A stretch of 64,000 nucleotides of DNA from Eledone cirrhosa (Eukaryota). The notes under the pieces are model-generated. The model saw nothing but the letters and a program-made list of their open reading frames with translations, ran no database searches and was not told the origin of the DNA. This document shows positions 40,811-56,969 of the stretch, piece after piece (within the stretch, counting starts at the first letter, position 1; the number at the start of each line of letters is the position of its first letter). The stretch is taken from positions 239,444,001 through 239,508,000 of the forward strand of contig OZ024741.1 in the NCBI GenBank assembly GCA_964016885.1, given 5' to 3'. The position numbers and the translations under genes are program-made.

Positions 40811-41152
40811 TATACATAATATAAGATCAAAAGATGGCCAAAGGAGCTCCATGCACTTCACCATGCGCACCCCAAAAACAAACACCACCATGCAACAACA
40901 CCCGTGTCCCCATCAGACAAAACAGGAGAACATGACACGAAGGCCAAAAACACTTGTGGATAGCGCAGTCCCAAATCAACATGTTGATCCAAAACTGCAC
41001 CATCCACAAGCGCCCCCAGCCCCCACATCATGCTCTCCCGCTCCACCCGATGAAAACACAAACACCATTGCACGATGATGTTTGCCCCCGAAATGCGCAC
41101 AACAAAACACATGGAACTCCCTCAACCATCTCTTGATCCCACATTATATATA
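40811..41152 (-). repeat. Gap-free palindrome; all mismatches A/C on + (G.U pairs in - strand RNA)
   Basis: Centre at 40981/40982 (atcaacatgttgat); position i pairs with 81963-i, checked by hand along the whole arm. Confidence 0.9.
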
Positions 41153-41242
41153 TACATATATATATACACATACATACACACATATACACATATATATACA
41201 TACACATATACATATATATATATATACACATACATATACATA

Positions 41243-41980
41243 TATTTTACTCTTTTACCTGTTTCAGCCATCCGGCTGAGGCCATGCTGGGGCACCGCCC
41301 TTGTTGCTACACATTTTATCTCCAGCCTGTATAGGTTGGCCACTGGTGTAGGAGGGAGTTTGTTGCTGCTGCCCTTAGGTTTCCCTCGTGTCTTGCTGTG
41401 GGCTCATCCGGGATAACAAGGTGTCGAGATGTTTCCTAAAGACATCCACCTCCACGTCATGCAAGTCTCGCAGATGCCTCGGCAGCTTGTTGAAGAGTTG
41501 AGGGCCCTTGAATCCCAGCTCCTTATTCTAGATGTGGAAGACGGGACCTTTGGCACCACACAGTGACGTCCTGTTCGACGGTTGGTCCAGCTCCCAATGC
41601 CAAAGTTTGGTGCTAGTCCCTCCAGGATTTTCCACATGTAGATCACTGCGTATCTCTCCCGTCTTCGCTCCAAGGAGTAGAGGTTCAGTTCCTCCAGCTT
41701 CTCCCAGTAGCTTGTCTCCCTCATCTTGGCAATCCTCTTGGTGTAGCTTCGCTGGATTGCCTCAAGCTCCGTGGTTAGTTTGACACTATGGGGTGACCAC
41801 AGCTGGGAGCAGTAGTCCAGGCGGCTTAGGACAAAAGTCCTCCACAGTGTCAACATGGTGTCTCGATCTCTTGTAAGGAAAGTCCTCAAGATCCAGCCAG
41901 CGAATCGTCTACATGTTGTCGCCACCTTCATGATGTGTGAAGAAAAAGATGCATCATCGCTCATGTCTATGCCCAGGTCT
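41243..41980 (-). mobile_element. 3' fragment of a CR1/L2-group LINE
   Basis: - strand [32 protein letters not shown]; short 3'UTR ending gctgaaacaggtaaaagagtaaaa. Confidence 0.8.
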
Positions 41981-42182
41981 ATACATATATACATACATAT
42001 ATACATACATATACATATACATACACATATACATACATACATATATACATACATATATATATACATACATATACATATACATACATATATATATACATAC
42101 ATATATATATACATACATATATACATACATACATATACATATACATACATATATATATACATACATACATATATATACATAC

Positions 42183-42216
<34 letters not shown>

Positions 42217-42274
42217 ACATATACATATATACATACATATATATACACACACATATATATACACACATACATAT

Positions 42275-42339
<65 letters not shown>

Positions 42340-43006
42340 CATATATATACATACATATATAGATATATATATACATATATATATATACATATATATACAC
42401 ATATATACATACATACATATACATACATATACATATATATACACATATATATATACATATATATACATAAACATATATATATACACATACATACATATAC
42501 ATATACATACATATACACACATATATATATACATATATATACATACATATATATACATATACATATATATACATATACATATACATACATATACATATAC
42601 ATATATATACATATATATACATATATATATATACACATACATATATATACATATACACACATACATACACACACATATATATATATACATATACACACAT
42701 ATACATATACATATACATATATATACATATACATATACACATATATACACACATATATATACATATACATACATATACATATATATATATACATATACAT
42801 ATATATACATATATATACACACATATATATACATATACATATATATACATATACACATACATATATATATATATATACATATATATACATATACATATAT
42901 ATATATATATACATACATATACATATACATATACATATATATATACATATACACATATATACACATACATACATATATATATATACATATATACATACAC
43001 ACATAT

Positions 43007-43041
<35 letters not shown>

Positions 43042-45947
43042 CATATATATATACACACACATATACATATATATCTATACATATACATACATACATATAT
43101 ACACACACATATACACACATATATACACATATATATATATACACATACATACATATATATATATACACATACATACATATATATATATACACATACATAC
43201 ATATATATATATACACATGCATACATATATATATATACATACATACATATATATATATATATACACACATACATACATATATATATATACACACACATAC
43301 ATACATATATATATATATATACACATACATACATATATATATATACACATACATACATATATATATACACATACATACATATATATATACACATACATAC
43401 ATATATATATACACATACATACATATATATATACACATACATACATATATATATATACACACACATACATATATATACACACACATACATACATATATAT
43501 ACACACACATACATATATATATATATACACACACATACATATATATATATATACACACACACATACATATATATATATACACATACATACATATATATAT
43601 ATACACATACATACATATATATATATACACATACATACATATATATATATACACATACATACATATATATATATACACATACATACATATATATATATAT
43701 ACACATACATACATATATATATATATACACATACATACATATATATATATATACACATACATATATATACACACATACATACATATATATATATACACAT
43801 ACATATATACACATACATATATATATATATATACACATACATATATACACATACATATATATATATATATATACACACATAAATACACATACATATATAT
43901 ATATATATATACACATACATAAATACACATACATATATATATATATATATATACACATACATACATACACATACATATATATATATATATATACACATAC
44001 ATACATATATATACACATACATACATACATATATATACGCATACATACATATATATACACATACATACATACATATATATACACATACATACATATATAT
44101 ACACATACATATATATACACATACATACATATATATACACATACATACATATATATATATACATACATATATATATATACACATACATACATATATATAT
44201 ACACATACATATATATATATACACATACATATATATATATACACATACATACATATATATATACACATACATACATATATATATATACACATACATACAT
44301 ATATATATACACATACATACATATATATATATACACATACATACATATATATATATACACATACATACATATATATATATACACATACATACATATATAT
44401 ATATACACATACATACATATATATATATATACACATACATACATATATATATATACACATACATATATATACACATACATATATATATATACACATACAT
44501 ATATATATATATATACACATACATATATATATACACATACATATATATATATATACACATACACATATATATATACATACATACATATATATATATACAT
44601 ACATACACATATATATATATATACATACATATATATATACATACATACATACACATATATATATACATACATACATACACATGTATATATATATACATAC
44701 ATACATACACATATATATATACATACATACATACATACACATGTATATATATATACATACATACACATATATATATACATACATACACATGTATATATAT
44801 ATACATACATACATACACATGTATATATATATACATACATACATATATATATATACATACATACATATACATACATATATATATATATATACATACATAC
44901 ATATATATATATATACATACATATATATATATATACATACATATATATATATATACATACATATATATATATATACATACATATATATATATATACATAC
45001 ATATATATATATATACATACATACATACATATATATATACATACATACATATATATATATACACATACATACATATATATATATATATACACATACATAC
45101 ATATATATATATACACACACATACATACATATATATATATATACACACACACATACATATATATATATACACACACACATACATACATATATATATATAT
45201 ACACACACACATACATACATATATATACACACACATACATACATATATATATATATACACACACACATACATATATATATACACACACATACATACATAT
45301 ATATATATATACACACACACATACATATATATATATACACACATACATACATATATATATATATACACATACATACATATATATATATACACATACATAC
45401 ATATATATATATACACATACATACATATATATATATACACATACATACATATATATATATACACACATACATACATATATATATATATACACATACATAC
45501 ATATATATATATATACACATACATACATATATATATATATACACATACATACATATATATATATATACACATACATACATATATATATATATATACACAT
45601 ACATATATATACACATACATATATATATACACATACATATATATATATATATACACATACATATATATACACATACATATATATATATACACATACATTT
45701 ATATATATATATACACATACATTTATATATATATATACACATACATTTATATATATATATACACATACATACATTTATATATATACATATACATACATTC
45801 ATATATATACATCTACATACATTCATATATATACATATACATTCATTCATATATATACATATACATACATTCATATATATACATATACATACATTCATAT
45901 ATATACATATACATACATTCATATATATACATATACATACATTCATA

Positions 45948-45985
<38 letters not shown>

Positions 45986-46431
45986 CATATACATACATAT
46001 ATACATATACATACATATACATATACATACATATATATATATATATACATATACATACATATATATATATATACATATACATATATATATATATACATAT
46101 ACATACATATACATATACATACACATACATATACATATACATACATATATATATATATACATACATATATATATATATACATATACATACATATATATAT
46201 ATATACATATACATACATATATATATATATACATATACATACATATATATATACATACATACATATATATATACATACATACATATATATATACATACAT
46301 ATATATATATACACATACATACAATATACACATACATACATACACATACATACATATATATACACATACATACATATATATACACATACATACATATACA
46401 CACACACACACACATACATACATATATATAT
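41981..46431. repeat. ~4.4-kb complex microsatellite
   Basis: Directly visible; sub-domains with variant units. Confidence 0.95.
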
Positions 46432-49400
46432 GATGGCTGCAAAATCTGTTAAGAGTATAGCAAACGCTTGTCAGATTCAGGTGTGTGACACTCATATATG
46501 GCTTTTCAAGCCTGCTAGAGACTTGCACTCTTTCGCACATTGAAAACAACTATGGATCTCCCTGGCCTCAGGTCTTGCATCAAGTTGCCTGTGAACCTTC
46601 ACAATACCATTGAGATCATAGTTCAGTTTCTCTTTGAACATGGTTGTGACTGTGGCTCCTGGGACCAGATTTGCTCAAGAAAATTTTTCTACTCTCAGGG
46701 CACTGCAATTCAATAGAGACACCAATCATTTCGTCCATCTTCCACGTAAGCATGGGTTAGACGGGAGTTGTCCCACTTGAGGCAAGGTAGGTCGGGTGAC
46801 CGTGTCTCGCTCATATAGGACTATCTGGCAGGTTTTCTACGGCTGGATGCCCTTCCTAACACCAACCACATTTACAGTGTGGAACTGGGAACTTTTTACC
46901 GTGTTACCTACACGGCCACATTACAGCGTGGACTGTGTGTTTTATATTTATATATATATATACACACACCAGGGGTGAAGGGTCCGTGCATGCAACACTT
47001 GCAGTGCATGCGTTATAGAATCTTGAGTTGAACAATTGCGTCGGTTGAAGCAAGCAGAATTTTGGCTGCTTACTAAATCGTAGACACAAAAAAAGATAAC
47101 ACACACACATACACACAAACACACGACAGCTTTGGGGAAAGCAGAATTTTGACAGCTTACTAAATCGTAGACACAAAGATACACACACACACACACTAGA
47201 TAACACTTCATGCGGCTTTGACCGGGAGGGTCATTTAGAGGGAATCGGGGCGATTGGACTGCATGACCTGCTTTCCAGATTACCCTTTGCCACAGATATA
47301 CACATATATACATGCAGGGTATCCAAAAAAATATATACATATTTATTAGAATGCTATTGAAGTGTGTATATATAGTTTGTGTGTGTGTGACCAATTCACA
47401 GTAACAATGGAATAATTTTCAATTTTCCTTTGCACAGTTTTACATTGATTGTACAAAATTTAAGATTTGTGGATACAAACCATTCGCAATTTTATTGCCT
47501 GTCTATTACAATAGTAAACTCACTAACATCTCTAATTTCTAAGGTAGATTACTTATTGAACAAACTAACACAGCAGCATTGTAAACATGACGATGACTAA
47601 ATCTCATCAGATTTAGACGTATTTCAGCAGATTATTTAATCAAACTTCAACGTATATTATTTATATATCACATAGGTAATTAAATTTGATTGTATCAATT
47701 AATGAGATTTTAATGGAAAATACTAGGGTAGGAAATTATAAAAATATAAAAACGATTCAATGGGAAATTAGTAGGAATTATTTAATTACCTCCCCTCTGT
47801 ATACTACTAAGTTCAACAAAATTACATGTTTAACAAAACAAAGCTTATATACTGTAATATATGACAATATATATCTATTGACTTATGGTTAATATCAATA
47901 AATTCCTATTTTAAATTGAAAAAATATTTTAGTTTAACATTTTTGTTCAATAAATCACCTTCCTAAAATAAAACAAACTATTTTGTAATCTGGTCATATA
48001 TTTTGGTACGTTTGTTTTTGAGAGGTTCCTAGCAATAGTTTGTTGTATTTGTTATATTCATTTATATTTGTGTTTATCAACAGCATTATATTGTTAATGT
48101 TATTCTGAAAGAATTGTGAGCAATTTGTAATGTTATTTATGTGTGTATATATATATATATATATATTAGGTGTCACAACAAAAAAACACACAGTGTGGCC
48201 GTGTAGGTAACACGTTAAAACCTCCCAGTCCACACTGTAAACATGGTTGGTGTTAGGAAGGGCATCCAGCCGTAGAAAACCTGCCAGACAGTCCTCTACG
48301 AGCAAGACAACCAATCTTGCCTCAAGTGGGAAAATTACCGTCCAAACCCATGCTAGCGTGGAAGATGGACGTTAAACGATGATGATGATGATATATATAT
48401 ACTCTACCTCAAGTCAAGTTATAATCTAAACATTTTGGATGTCTCCTTAAATAGAAATAATTCTTTAAAAGGATATCTTTCAACAATTAATTCATTTCTT
48501 TACTATACAAACAGCTTGCTTATGTGTTAAAAACAAATCTATCATTAAAATAATATTAAACCAGACATCAGAAACCACTTTTTTATAACAGCTTAATTAT
48601 ACTAAATTGCTATATAAACATGTTGCTTATGTGTGAAAAAACACTTTTATATAACAGGGCTTAATTACATTAAATTAAGACAATATTTGGCTGAAATGTT
48701 TTAATTTTGCATATAAAACCAAATATATTTTGTATGAATAACTAACTAATTTTAAATCATTAATCCTAATGTAAGATATATTTACTGAAAATAAATAATT
48801 TGATAAGCATTTGTTTCCTATAATTGAAAATAGATGTAACAACATGTAAAAATCTAAAACAAATTCTAAATTTAGTCCTGTAGATGAATATTTTTTATAT
48901 CAAACCTACTAGATTGATGTTATTTAGCTCTATGTAAGCTCCTATACAGCAGACATATCAAAAGCATTTCAGTCATGCCTCTATTGTTCAAAATATTGTA
49001 CCTTTAAGCATTACAAAAGAAAATATATAACAGTTCAGGGATTTGTGTATGAATAGATAATGGGCAAGAGTTAATATAGATACCAATATTTGTTACAAAG
49101 ATTTAAGGCCACAGATTCCTCATTTCTTTGCTAAATTGACATTCTCTAATTAAAGAGAAAAAAAATCAATATCATTGGTAATTATTGAAATATCATAAAT
49201 ATGTCTATGTTACCACAAATGTGTTAAGATACATATATATGCATAAGTAAATCATCCACTGATATATATAAGGCATAATAGTAACTTAAATCATTCAAAT
49301 GAATAATTTACAGAAAAGAAATTAATAAGCCTAATTTTAACATGAAATTATAGAAATCGTTAGATTTATACATAAAGATTTACACACATTCACAGATTTC

Positions 49401-52400
49401 ATGTATACACACATACACATAATCTATATGAAAATAATATTTCATTACCAATTTTCTTATATACAGTAATGTAGGTTTTACATAAATATTGTTAATAGAT
49501 ATTTCAATGATATTCTAGTTCAATATTTAGTATGTACTAAGACCCTACAATGTCTGACTGAATAATTCAGTAAAAATATATAATGATGAGTTATGTTAAA
49601 ATGTAATAAACAAGATAAATATTGTATATACATCAAAGATGACTGCAAATATTTTCAGAAGTATGTTATATAAAACTACAATTGAACATATATTCCTCTT
49701 TCTCTATCACTGTTTCTTACAAAATAGTTGATAGCCATGTTGGTAAAGTAGACATTCAATGAGAACTAACACAGATCTAATATGGCCACCATTACAATAT
49801 TATATTTTGATGTTAGAATATAGCTATATATTAAATTTTTATTTTACATGAATAGACAGATAATATAGTATAATAGAACTTACATTCATTGTGTAAAATC
49901 CTTTGTTATAAACTGTGAGTTGGTCCCAATGTTCTGTTAATGGTTGTCTGTGTCACTGCTGCTATGGTGTGACAATGGCTTCATGTTGATGGAATAGTGT
50001 TGGTAGTGAGTCAGTGGGAACCAGCAGTTCCTCTCAGTCTTTGGTGTATGTGTGATGTTTACTGAGTGTGAGTGTGTGTGAGAGAGAGAGAGGTGGGGGA
50101 GGGGGAGGCTTACTCCAGCCTCACTCAGACTAGATGTGTTTCCCCTCACAGAGAAGAGGGAGAGAGAGAGAGAAGACACTATATCAGCTCCACTAACAGT
50201 CAGCCATAATATGTCTATATAATACCAACATGTCTGATGTAGAGAGACTGACATAGAAATACTTAGAAAATAGAGGGTATATTAACAAAATATGGCTGAT
50301 GTTAATGTGTGTGTACTATAAAATGTATTTTAAATGTTGACAATAATAGTTAGTGTGTCTGACCTAATTATAATTTAACTCTTAAATTCAAGATATATTT
50401 AGGAAAATTTAGAGATGTTATGTTAACTATCTAAAATATATTTTCTAAAATGTTACCTATGTAAAATATATAATTTATTCATATAAAAGTTAATTTATAT
50501 TTTGAAATTTGAATAATAATTCCCTGGGAATAAAGTCTATTTATTATGATAGAGGAATTTACCCACTTTCATAATTCCATTATAGTAAAGCAAACATATG
50601 ATGATGATGATGAATATTATCAACTAACTAATATATTTCTATAATTTTAAATATTGTGTTAATGTTGAAGGTGATATTTCTGTTGTGTTAACTCCTCAGT
50701 CTGACTTAACTAGCAACAACATCTGGTGTTGAAGGTAACTGTCTCTCTGGAGGTTTCACATATCTGTCTTGGTAATGGTCTCTCTCATTGTTGCTTGACA
50801 CATCAGGTGGGACACCATAGATTCCTGAAACAAGTACATCAACTCAACTTACTACATAGTTCATATAGATGCCATATATTTTCTGACTGAAATTAGTAAT
50901 CAATCTCTTGTTTATTATATTCACTAAGCTAAGATATTTAATGTTCTTAGATGTAATCATTTCCATGATATAATGATTAAAGGTTGACTGAGTATATAAG
51001 TCAGTTCCGTTAATGGTAATACACCCAGTGTATGATGTATACAGTGGTATATCTGTGTAGAAATATATATTCACTTATTATAAAATTTATAAAGATTGAT
51101 AGAAATAATATCAGATTATTTCATAATTGTGAAAATTAGAAATTATGAAAATCAAATAATGAAATTAATAACAGATAAGGATAAATAAAATTGTTTTACC
51201 TGACATTGCTGGTATTTCTTCATACTGTCTACTTGACCTTTCACTCCAGCACTGTCCACTGCTCTTACGACTGGTCAATGTATCAGTGGGATAGTTAGAA
51301 GATGGCCTGTTGTCTCCATAAGATGTCACTTCTATAGGTTGACTATATTTCTGCAGGACAATATAATTACAATAAAGAACATAAAGATATCATTTAGGAC
51401 ATTATACCTGAAATATACCCAATATCTAGATATTGATGTGTACATGTATACTATTGAAATATTGGACCATTATGTATAAAAGAATCAGTTGTATAGATCC
51501 TGTTTATTTGATCATTTGTCATTATACCAAATAAAATGTATCCAGTACAGGTTACAAATAATCATTTCATAGCTTACTCTGGATATAAACGTAGATGTAG
51601 CTTTTTAGGTCTATGTTAATGCATATGATATAAGTGGATGAATAAGCATGTTTTCAGTGCAAAGTTGAATTCATAGCAGGCAGGAAATTTGGCATGTTTA
51701 TCAACAGAAGTAGTTTCCAAAACAATCTGAAATTGTGTAAAATAGATGATACAACAAAGTTAAAATCCTATTGACAAAGTTAATCTTGCTATAAATTACT
51801 AGATTCTGGCTCCACAGTGTATGACTGCATCATTGATTCAAGGCACTCATTAAAATCCATTTCCAGAAAATACCTTACCATTTGGATTATTGTGTTTCAA
51901 AAGTAAATCATCATAACCTTATTTTTTTCAACCAGATATATTCTATACTAAAACCAATCAGAAAGTAAACGGACTACCTACATTGGTAATTTTAAACAGT
52001 AACTGCAGAGTTGAAAATATTCAGCTGTTTCATTTTTAATTAAATGTTATTCAACAGATAGAAAATATTAGATAGAGCTTACCTTTGTGGATTTCTGAAG
52101 AGATCTGTTCATTGTTGATATCTTCCAGTCTTCAGGATAGTAATGACTTCTAGACTGACTATATCTGTCTGATATCTCTCCTCGATTACCTGACATCACA
52201 GATACACTGTTGTTACCTTGATAGATCAACTGTCTCATCTCATTACGACATTGGTATGCCTGTTTCTCTTCTGTTGTTCTAGCTGAGTTATTTCTTACAT
52301 TGTTACATCTCACAATACACAATGTTATAGAAACCACAATAGCTATAGATACTATCACAGCTGCTACTACAATGATAATCAATAATGTTGCATCTATTGT

Positions 52401-53400
52401 GTTATCAGTTGGTACATGGACAGCTGTGAACATTGGTGATGTCTTGTTACTAACAGTCAGTGTTAAAGAGACACTAGTTGTTGCTGACAGAACTGGAGTA
52501 CCACTGTCTTTCACAACAAACTCCAGTTGATATGATCCAGCATCATTTTGGTAAACTGTGCGAGAGTAAGATAAGACACCAGTGAATGAGTCCAGTTTAA
52601 ATAATTGTCTCTCATTACCTGAAAGGATTTCATACCTGAGAAATGCATTCATGTGACTGTCTATATCAGAGGCTTTCAGAAGTGTGATGTCATTCTTACT
52701 TTGGGGATGATAGTGGACATCAAGAGTGAAAGGGTCAACACTAGGAAATGTAAAATATGGAGCATTATCATTTTTATCTAATACTTCCACTTCAACATTC
52801 ACTGTGTTATTTAGAGATGGTGTTCCATTGTCTTTGACAAAAACCTCAAAGTCATAAAAATCTCTGTGTTCTCTGTCTAAAGACTTGTTTGTTGAAATAA
52901 AGCCGGAGTGGATAATCTGGAATGGTAGATGATATTTGTGTTTATTTCTCAGATAATAACTTAATTCACCTCCCTTACCAACATCTGGGTCTGTAGCATT
53001 GATAAAACCAATAGGGAAATTAGCTTTGTCATTCTCATAGGTAAGGAACTTGAATGTATCTTTGGTAAAGTGTGGTTTTACATCATTCACATCTAACACT
53101 TGTATTGAGAGATCTTTATCAGTTTTCAGAGGAGGTAATCCTTTATCTTGACAGGAGACAGTGAAGTGATAATGTTCCTGTGTCTCTCTGTCTACTGCTT
53201 CCTTTAGAACTATTTTATATTCTTTAGATCCCATTGACTGTAGTTTGAATGTATCATGTTTGATATTACAGCTGACTTCTCCATTGTGTCCAACATCATT
53301 GTCAGTGACCATCACATAAGCAATGAAACTACCAACTTTGATATCTTCCAGAATGGTAGCTGTGTTGTGATTCTCTGTAGAAATATAGTTGACATCAATA
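46432..53400. repeat. Segmental duplicate of ~11553-18620
   Basis: Near identity through TE remnants, exon-1 block, tail exons and introns, up to EC4 of g5/g2. Confidence 0.9.
49884..50268 (-). promoter_or_regulatory. Putative promoter + non-coding exon 1 of g4
   Basis: Conserved block; GTAAGT donor at 49883; predicted intron 34372-49883. Confidence 0.6.
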
Positions 53401-54434
53401 TTTGGAGGATTATTGTGTTGGTTGATAACATTTACCATCACAGTTGCTATGGCACTAAGAGGAGGGATGCCTCCATCTCTGGCTTCAATATATAATTTTA
53501 AAGTGTTTTTTGTGTTACTTTCTAATGGTTTTATTAAGAAGATTTCCCCAGTATTTTCATCAATATTAAAGTATCCTTTCATCTTCTCATTAGTTTTCTG
53601 ACTAAAATCGAATGATATTTTACCATTCCTGCCAATATCTAAATCAACGGCAGATAATGTCACTACTGGAATATTCTTTTTATGTTTATGTTCTATAGAA
53701 ACATTATAGATTGTCTGGGCAAATTGTGGGGTATTATCATTTTCATCTTCTACAGATATTTTAACATTTAAAATACTTTGTTTTGGTGGAGTTCCTCCAT
53801 CTTTAGCAATGACTTCAATATTGTAACTGTCTTCTTTTTCTCTGTCTAATTTCTTTTCTAAAATAATTCTTACAGTTGATATTCCATCTGCACGTTTTGA
53901 AACTGATAAAGAAAAATGGCCATTATCTTTTTTTAACTTATATGTAATTAAACTGTTTTGATACCCAATGTCTTTGTCTACAGCATTTTCTATTGATCTT
54001 TTGGTGCCTTTTCCATCAGTTTCAGAAAACTGTATATTGACTTGTTCAGTTGGAAATTTAGGTTCGTGGTCATTGATGTCTTCTATTATGACTTTAATTT
54101 TTAATATCTTCATAAATGTCTTGGATTTGTGAACAGCAACTTTAACTATTTCAAAACATTCTTTCTCATAACTACACACAGACTCAGCATCTAATGTCTG
54201 AACAGTGTACAGTTTACCTGTTTTTGTCACATTGAACAATTGTTCTCCTTTTTGTTGTAGTTGACTGAATGTAATTAAATCCTTATTCTTTAAGAAGGAG
54301 CTATCTGATGTCTGTAAGTCAGTAGCAATGTCCCCTACATAAGTATAGGGAATACTCTCTTCTTTAACGTGGTATGTGATATGTTCACTTAGATAACAGT
54401 GGAAGAAAGTCAGTAAAATACACAGAAATAACAT
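50706..54434 (-). CDS. Protocadherin g5; coding exons 54434-52083, 51350-51200, 50824-50706
   Basis: Same architecture; 5'UTR acceptor AG at 54493-54492. Confidence 0.95.
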
Positions 54435-55254
54435 CGCTGCTCTTGGTGTTAATACAGAGTCCAGGAGAAATTACAGCTTCAAATATTCAATCTGAAATTA
54501 AATGATTTAATATATTAATGTGAAGTTAATGGATTTCTATAAATAAACAACATTGTATAGTAACTATCAAATTGTTTGTTATAACAGTCACATTATAAAG
54601 CTCACAATATATTTTTTACATGATGTACCTGTGGACCAGGTTTATATGATCAATTCACAGAAACAAATGAATAATTTTCTACCTCTTTTACAATTTTAAA
54701 CCCATTTAAGTTGTTTGTACAAAATTTAGATATTTACATTTTGGTATTATTTGTTGAAACTTTTTTTGGCAGTTTCCGTGTGTTATAACTATTATGTTAG
54801 AAACGCAAATTATGAGTTTCCTCCCTAGTGTGTAGCACAGTAACTAAACAGAAATAACACTTCTTTTATAGGTTGTATTATTTGTACAGGCCTGGAGAGG
54901 GATGGGCCCGCCAGGCTTAAAATGCCCAAGAAACGCTGTATGTCAATACGCGGTCCCTACGATTATCAAGAGTTATGGGACCATGCATACATACATACAT
55001 ATATACATACATTATTTGTACAGCAACACTTTGTGAAGATAGTGTGAAAAACTAATACCATAAAAATAAATGACAGTAATGTTTTAATATCTGCTGCAAG
55101 TCATTTTCTGTTGTGTATATTGCAAAACACATACATACACAGATATATATATACATATTTTATAATTAAATATTAATTAATATCTAATATTTAAACATTT
55201 CAATGAATGGATAAAATGTATAGATAAAATATCAATCAGAGAAGCAATATTACA

Positions 55255-55422
55255 TATTAAATTTAAGTGAAAAACTATCTATGGGAATATAAGCCAGAGA
55301 TCAAAAAACATTTTTGTCAATCTCACTTATATATGATCTCCCTACCATGATTTCATTTGTGGAAGAAGTAATTATTCTTCAACAAATGAAACCATGATAG
55401 AGTTTTTCACTTAAATTTAATA
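55255..55422. mobile_element. Small MITE-like inverted-repeat element
   Basis: TIR tattaaatttaagtgaaaaact / agtttttcacttaaatttaata (22 bp perfect). Confidence 0.6.
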
Positions 55423-56575
55423 AGTAAAATATATAGAGAGATGGGGGGGGGGGGGACAGTTATTGACATTGATAAATTCATACTTCCATTGTAAACAGAT
55501 CAACATTTGATATCATTTTATGTTCAATAAGTCTTGTTCAAGAAATAGTACAAATAATCCGTCAATACATCTACCTTACATCAAGTGATATTGTAACATG
55601 CTGGATATCACATTAAACAAAATAATTTTTTTAACACAGTATTATTCATGAGACCTATCTATTTATAAGACAAACAGTTGCCACCCTTATGTAAAATAAA
55701 GAACCTTCTATTTTGTCTAGCTTTATATGAAACTAGCGGGTGGTTTTCTGCTAGCATGTGTAGTGTGTATATTGATATTATACACAAATATATATGCATG
55801 TAAATATGATACATCAAATAAAATCGTAATTGACAATATACACAGAAATTGAACAAAGCCTATGTTACACTGTCTTCTGTAATCAGTAATCCATGATATA
55901 TTTAAAAAACGACGACTTTATATATAAACTGCAATAGGAGAAAATTAGTGACGGAAATATATGCGATTATAAGTGTTATAATATAACGGCCGCTAACCGG
56001 AAGTGTTGACATTTGATAATTTTAAAGAAGTGAATTTTAAAGATTAAGCTATAAAATATATTTAATCAACAGCCACGAAATTTAGCACATAAATTATGTA
56101 ATATTCATTCATTATTTATTCAAAGTAATCCAACTTATTTTACAAACGGGGTAAAAAAATATATTCTGGACACAATCCAGACCTTCCTTTATTATAGTTA
56201 AGATTTAATTGAATAATTTAAATTTAACATATACACCAGAATGTCATACATTTGTTTAAATATCAAACTAATTTTAGATAAAACCATCTAATGTATGATA
56301 TCTTACAGTAAATCAAATAATCAACAAATTACATTTGTCTCTTACATTTCAATATCAAAATATGAAAATTCTAAAACAATATTCCTATTGAATTTCTCTC
56401 TAATTACTTATTCTGAAATACACACATTACCATACCTTAAACTGCTCCTCCAAGTGAATAATTGAAATCTAAGACTAACTAGATATTTTTTATTGCTGTT
56501 ATGTGTGAAGATATTTGACAGAACATAGATTTGTAATTAAACAGATAGAAGGCCTGAAATAACATATCAACAGCC

Positions 56576-56790
56576 TTAACCTTTTAGTATTAAAACAGTC
56601 CATAGCTGGCCAGAATTCTCTCACCTCTTTCTTTTCAAACTGGCCATAACTGGCTGCTCATACTTATGTTAAGGTATTGTTCTCAAAATGAATAATATCA
56701 AAATCTTGTAGATTCGATATCATGTGAGATAAAGTGTTTACCATGAAAATACATAGTAAATATAGAGTAATGTAAATACTAAAGGGTTAA
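56576..56790. mobile_element. TTAA-flanked MITE (piggyBac-like)
   Basis: ttaa-ccttttagtatt ... aatactaaaggg-ttaa; TIR with one mismatch. Confidence 0.65.
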
Positions 56791-56969
56791 AGCCACATAT
56801 TCTACATCCCTTTGTTTAATTAACATATTTAACTATAAGAAATGGAAATTATCGAACTGTGATATATCTGATGTGTTATCTAAAATGTATAAAGATGAGA
56901 TAAGGATATTTAAATCAATAATTTCCTAATCAAACAATGTCATATTTATAATTCCATTATTTAAATATA

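Noticed and set aside
6302-46549. Long Y/I/H/T and C/V/Y/M ORFs
   Set aside because: Stop-free translations of microsatellites on both strands.
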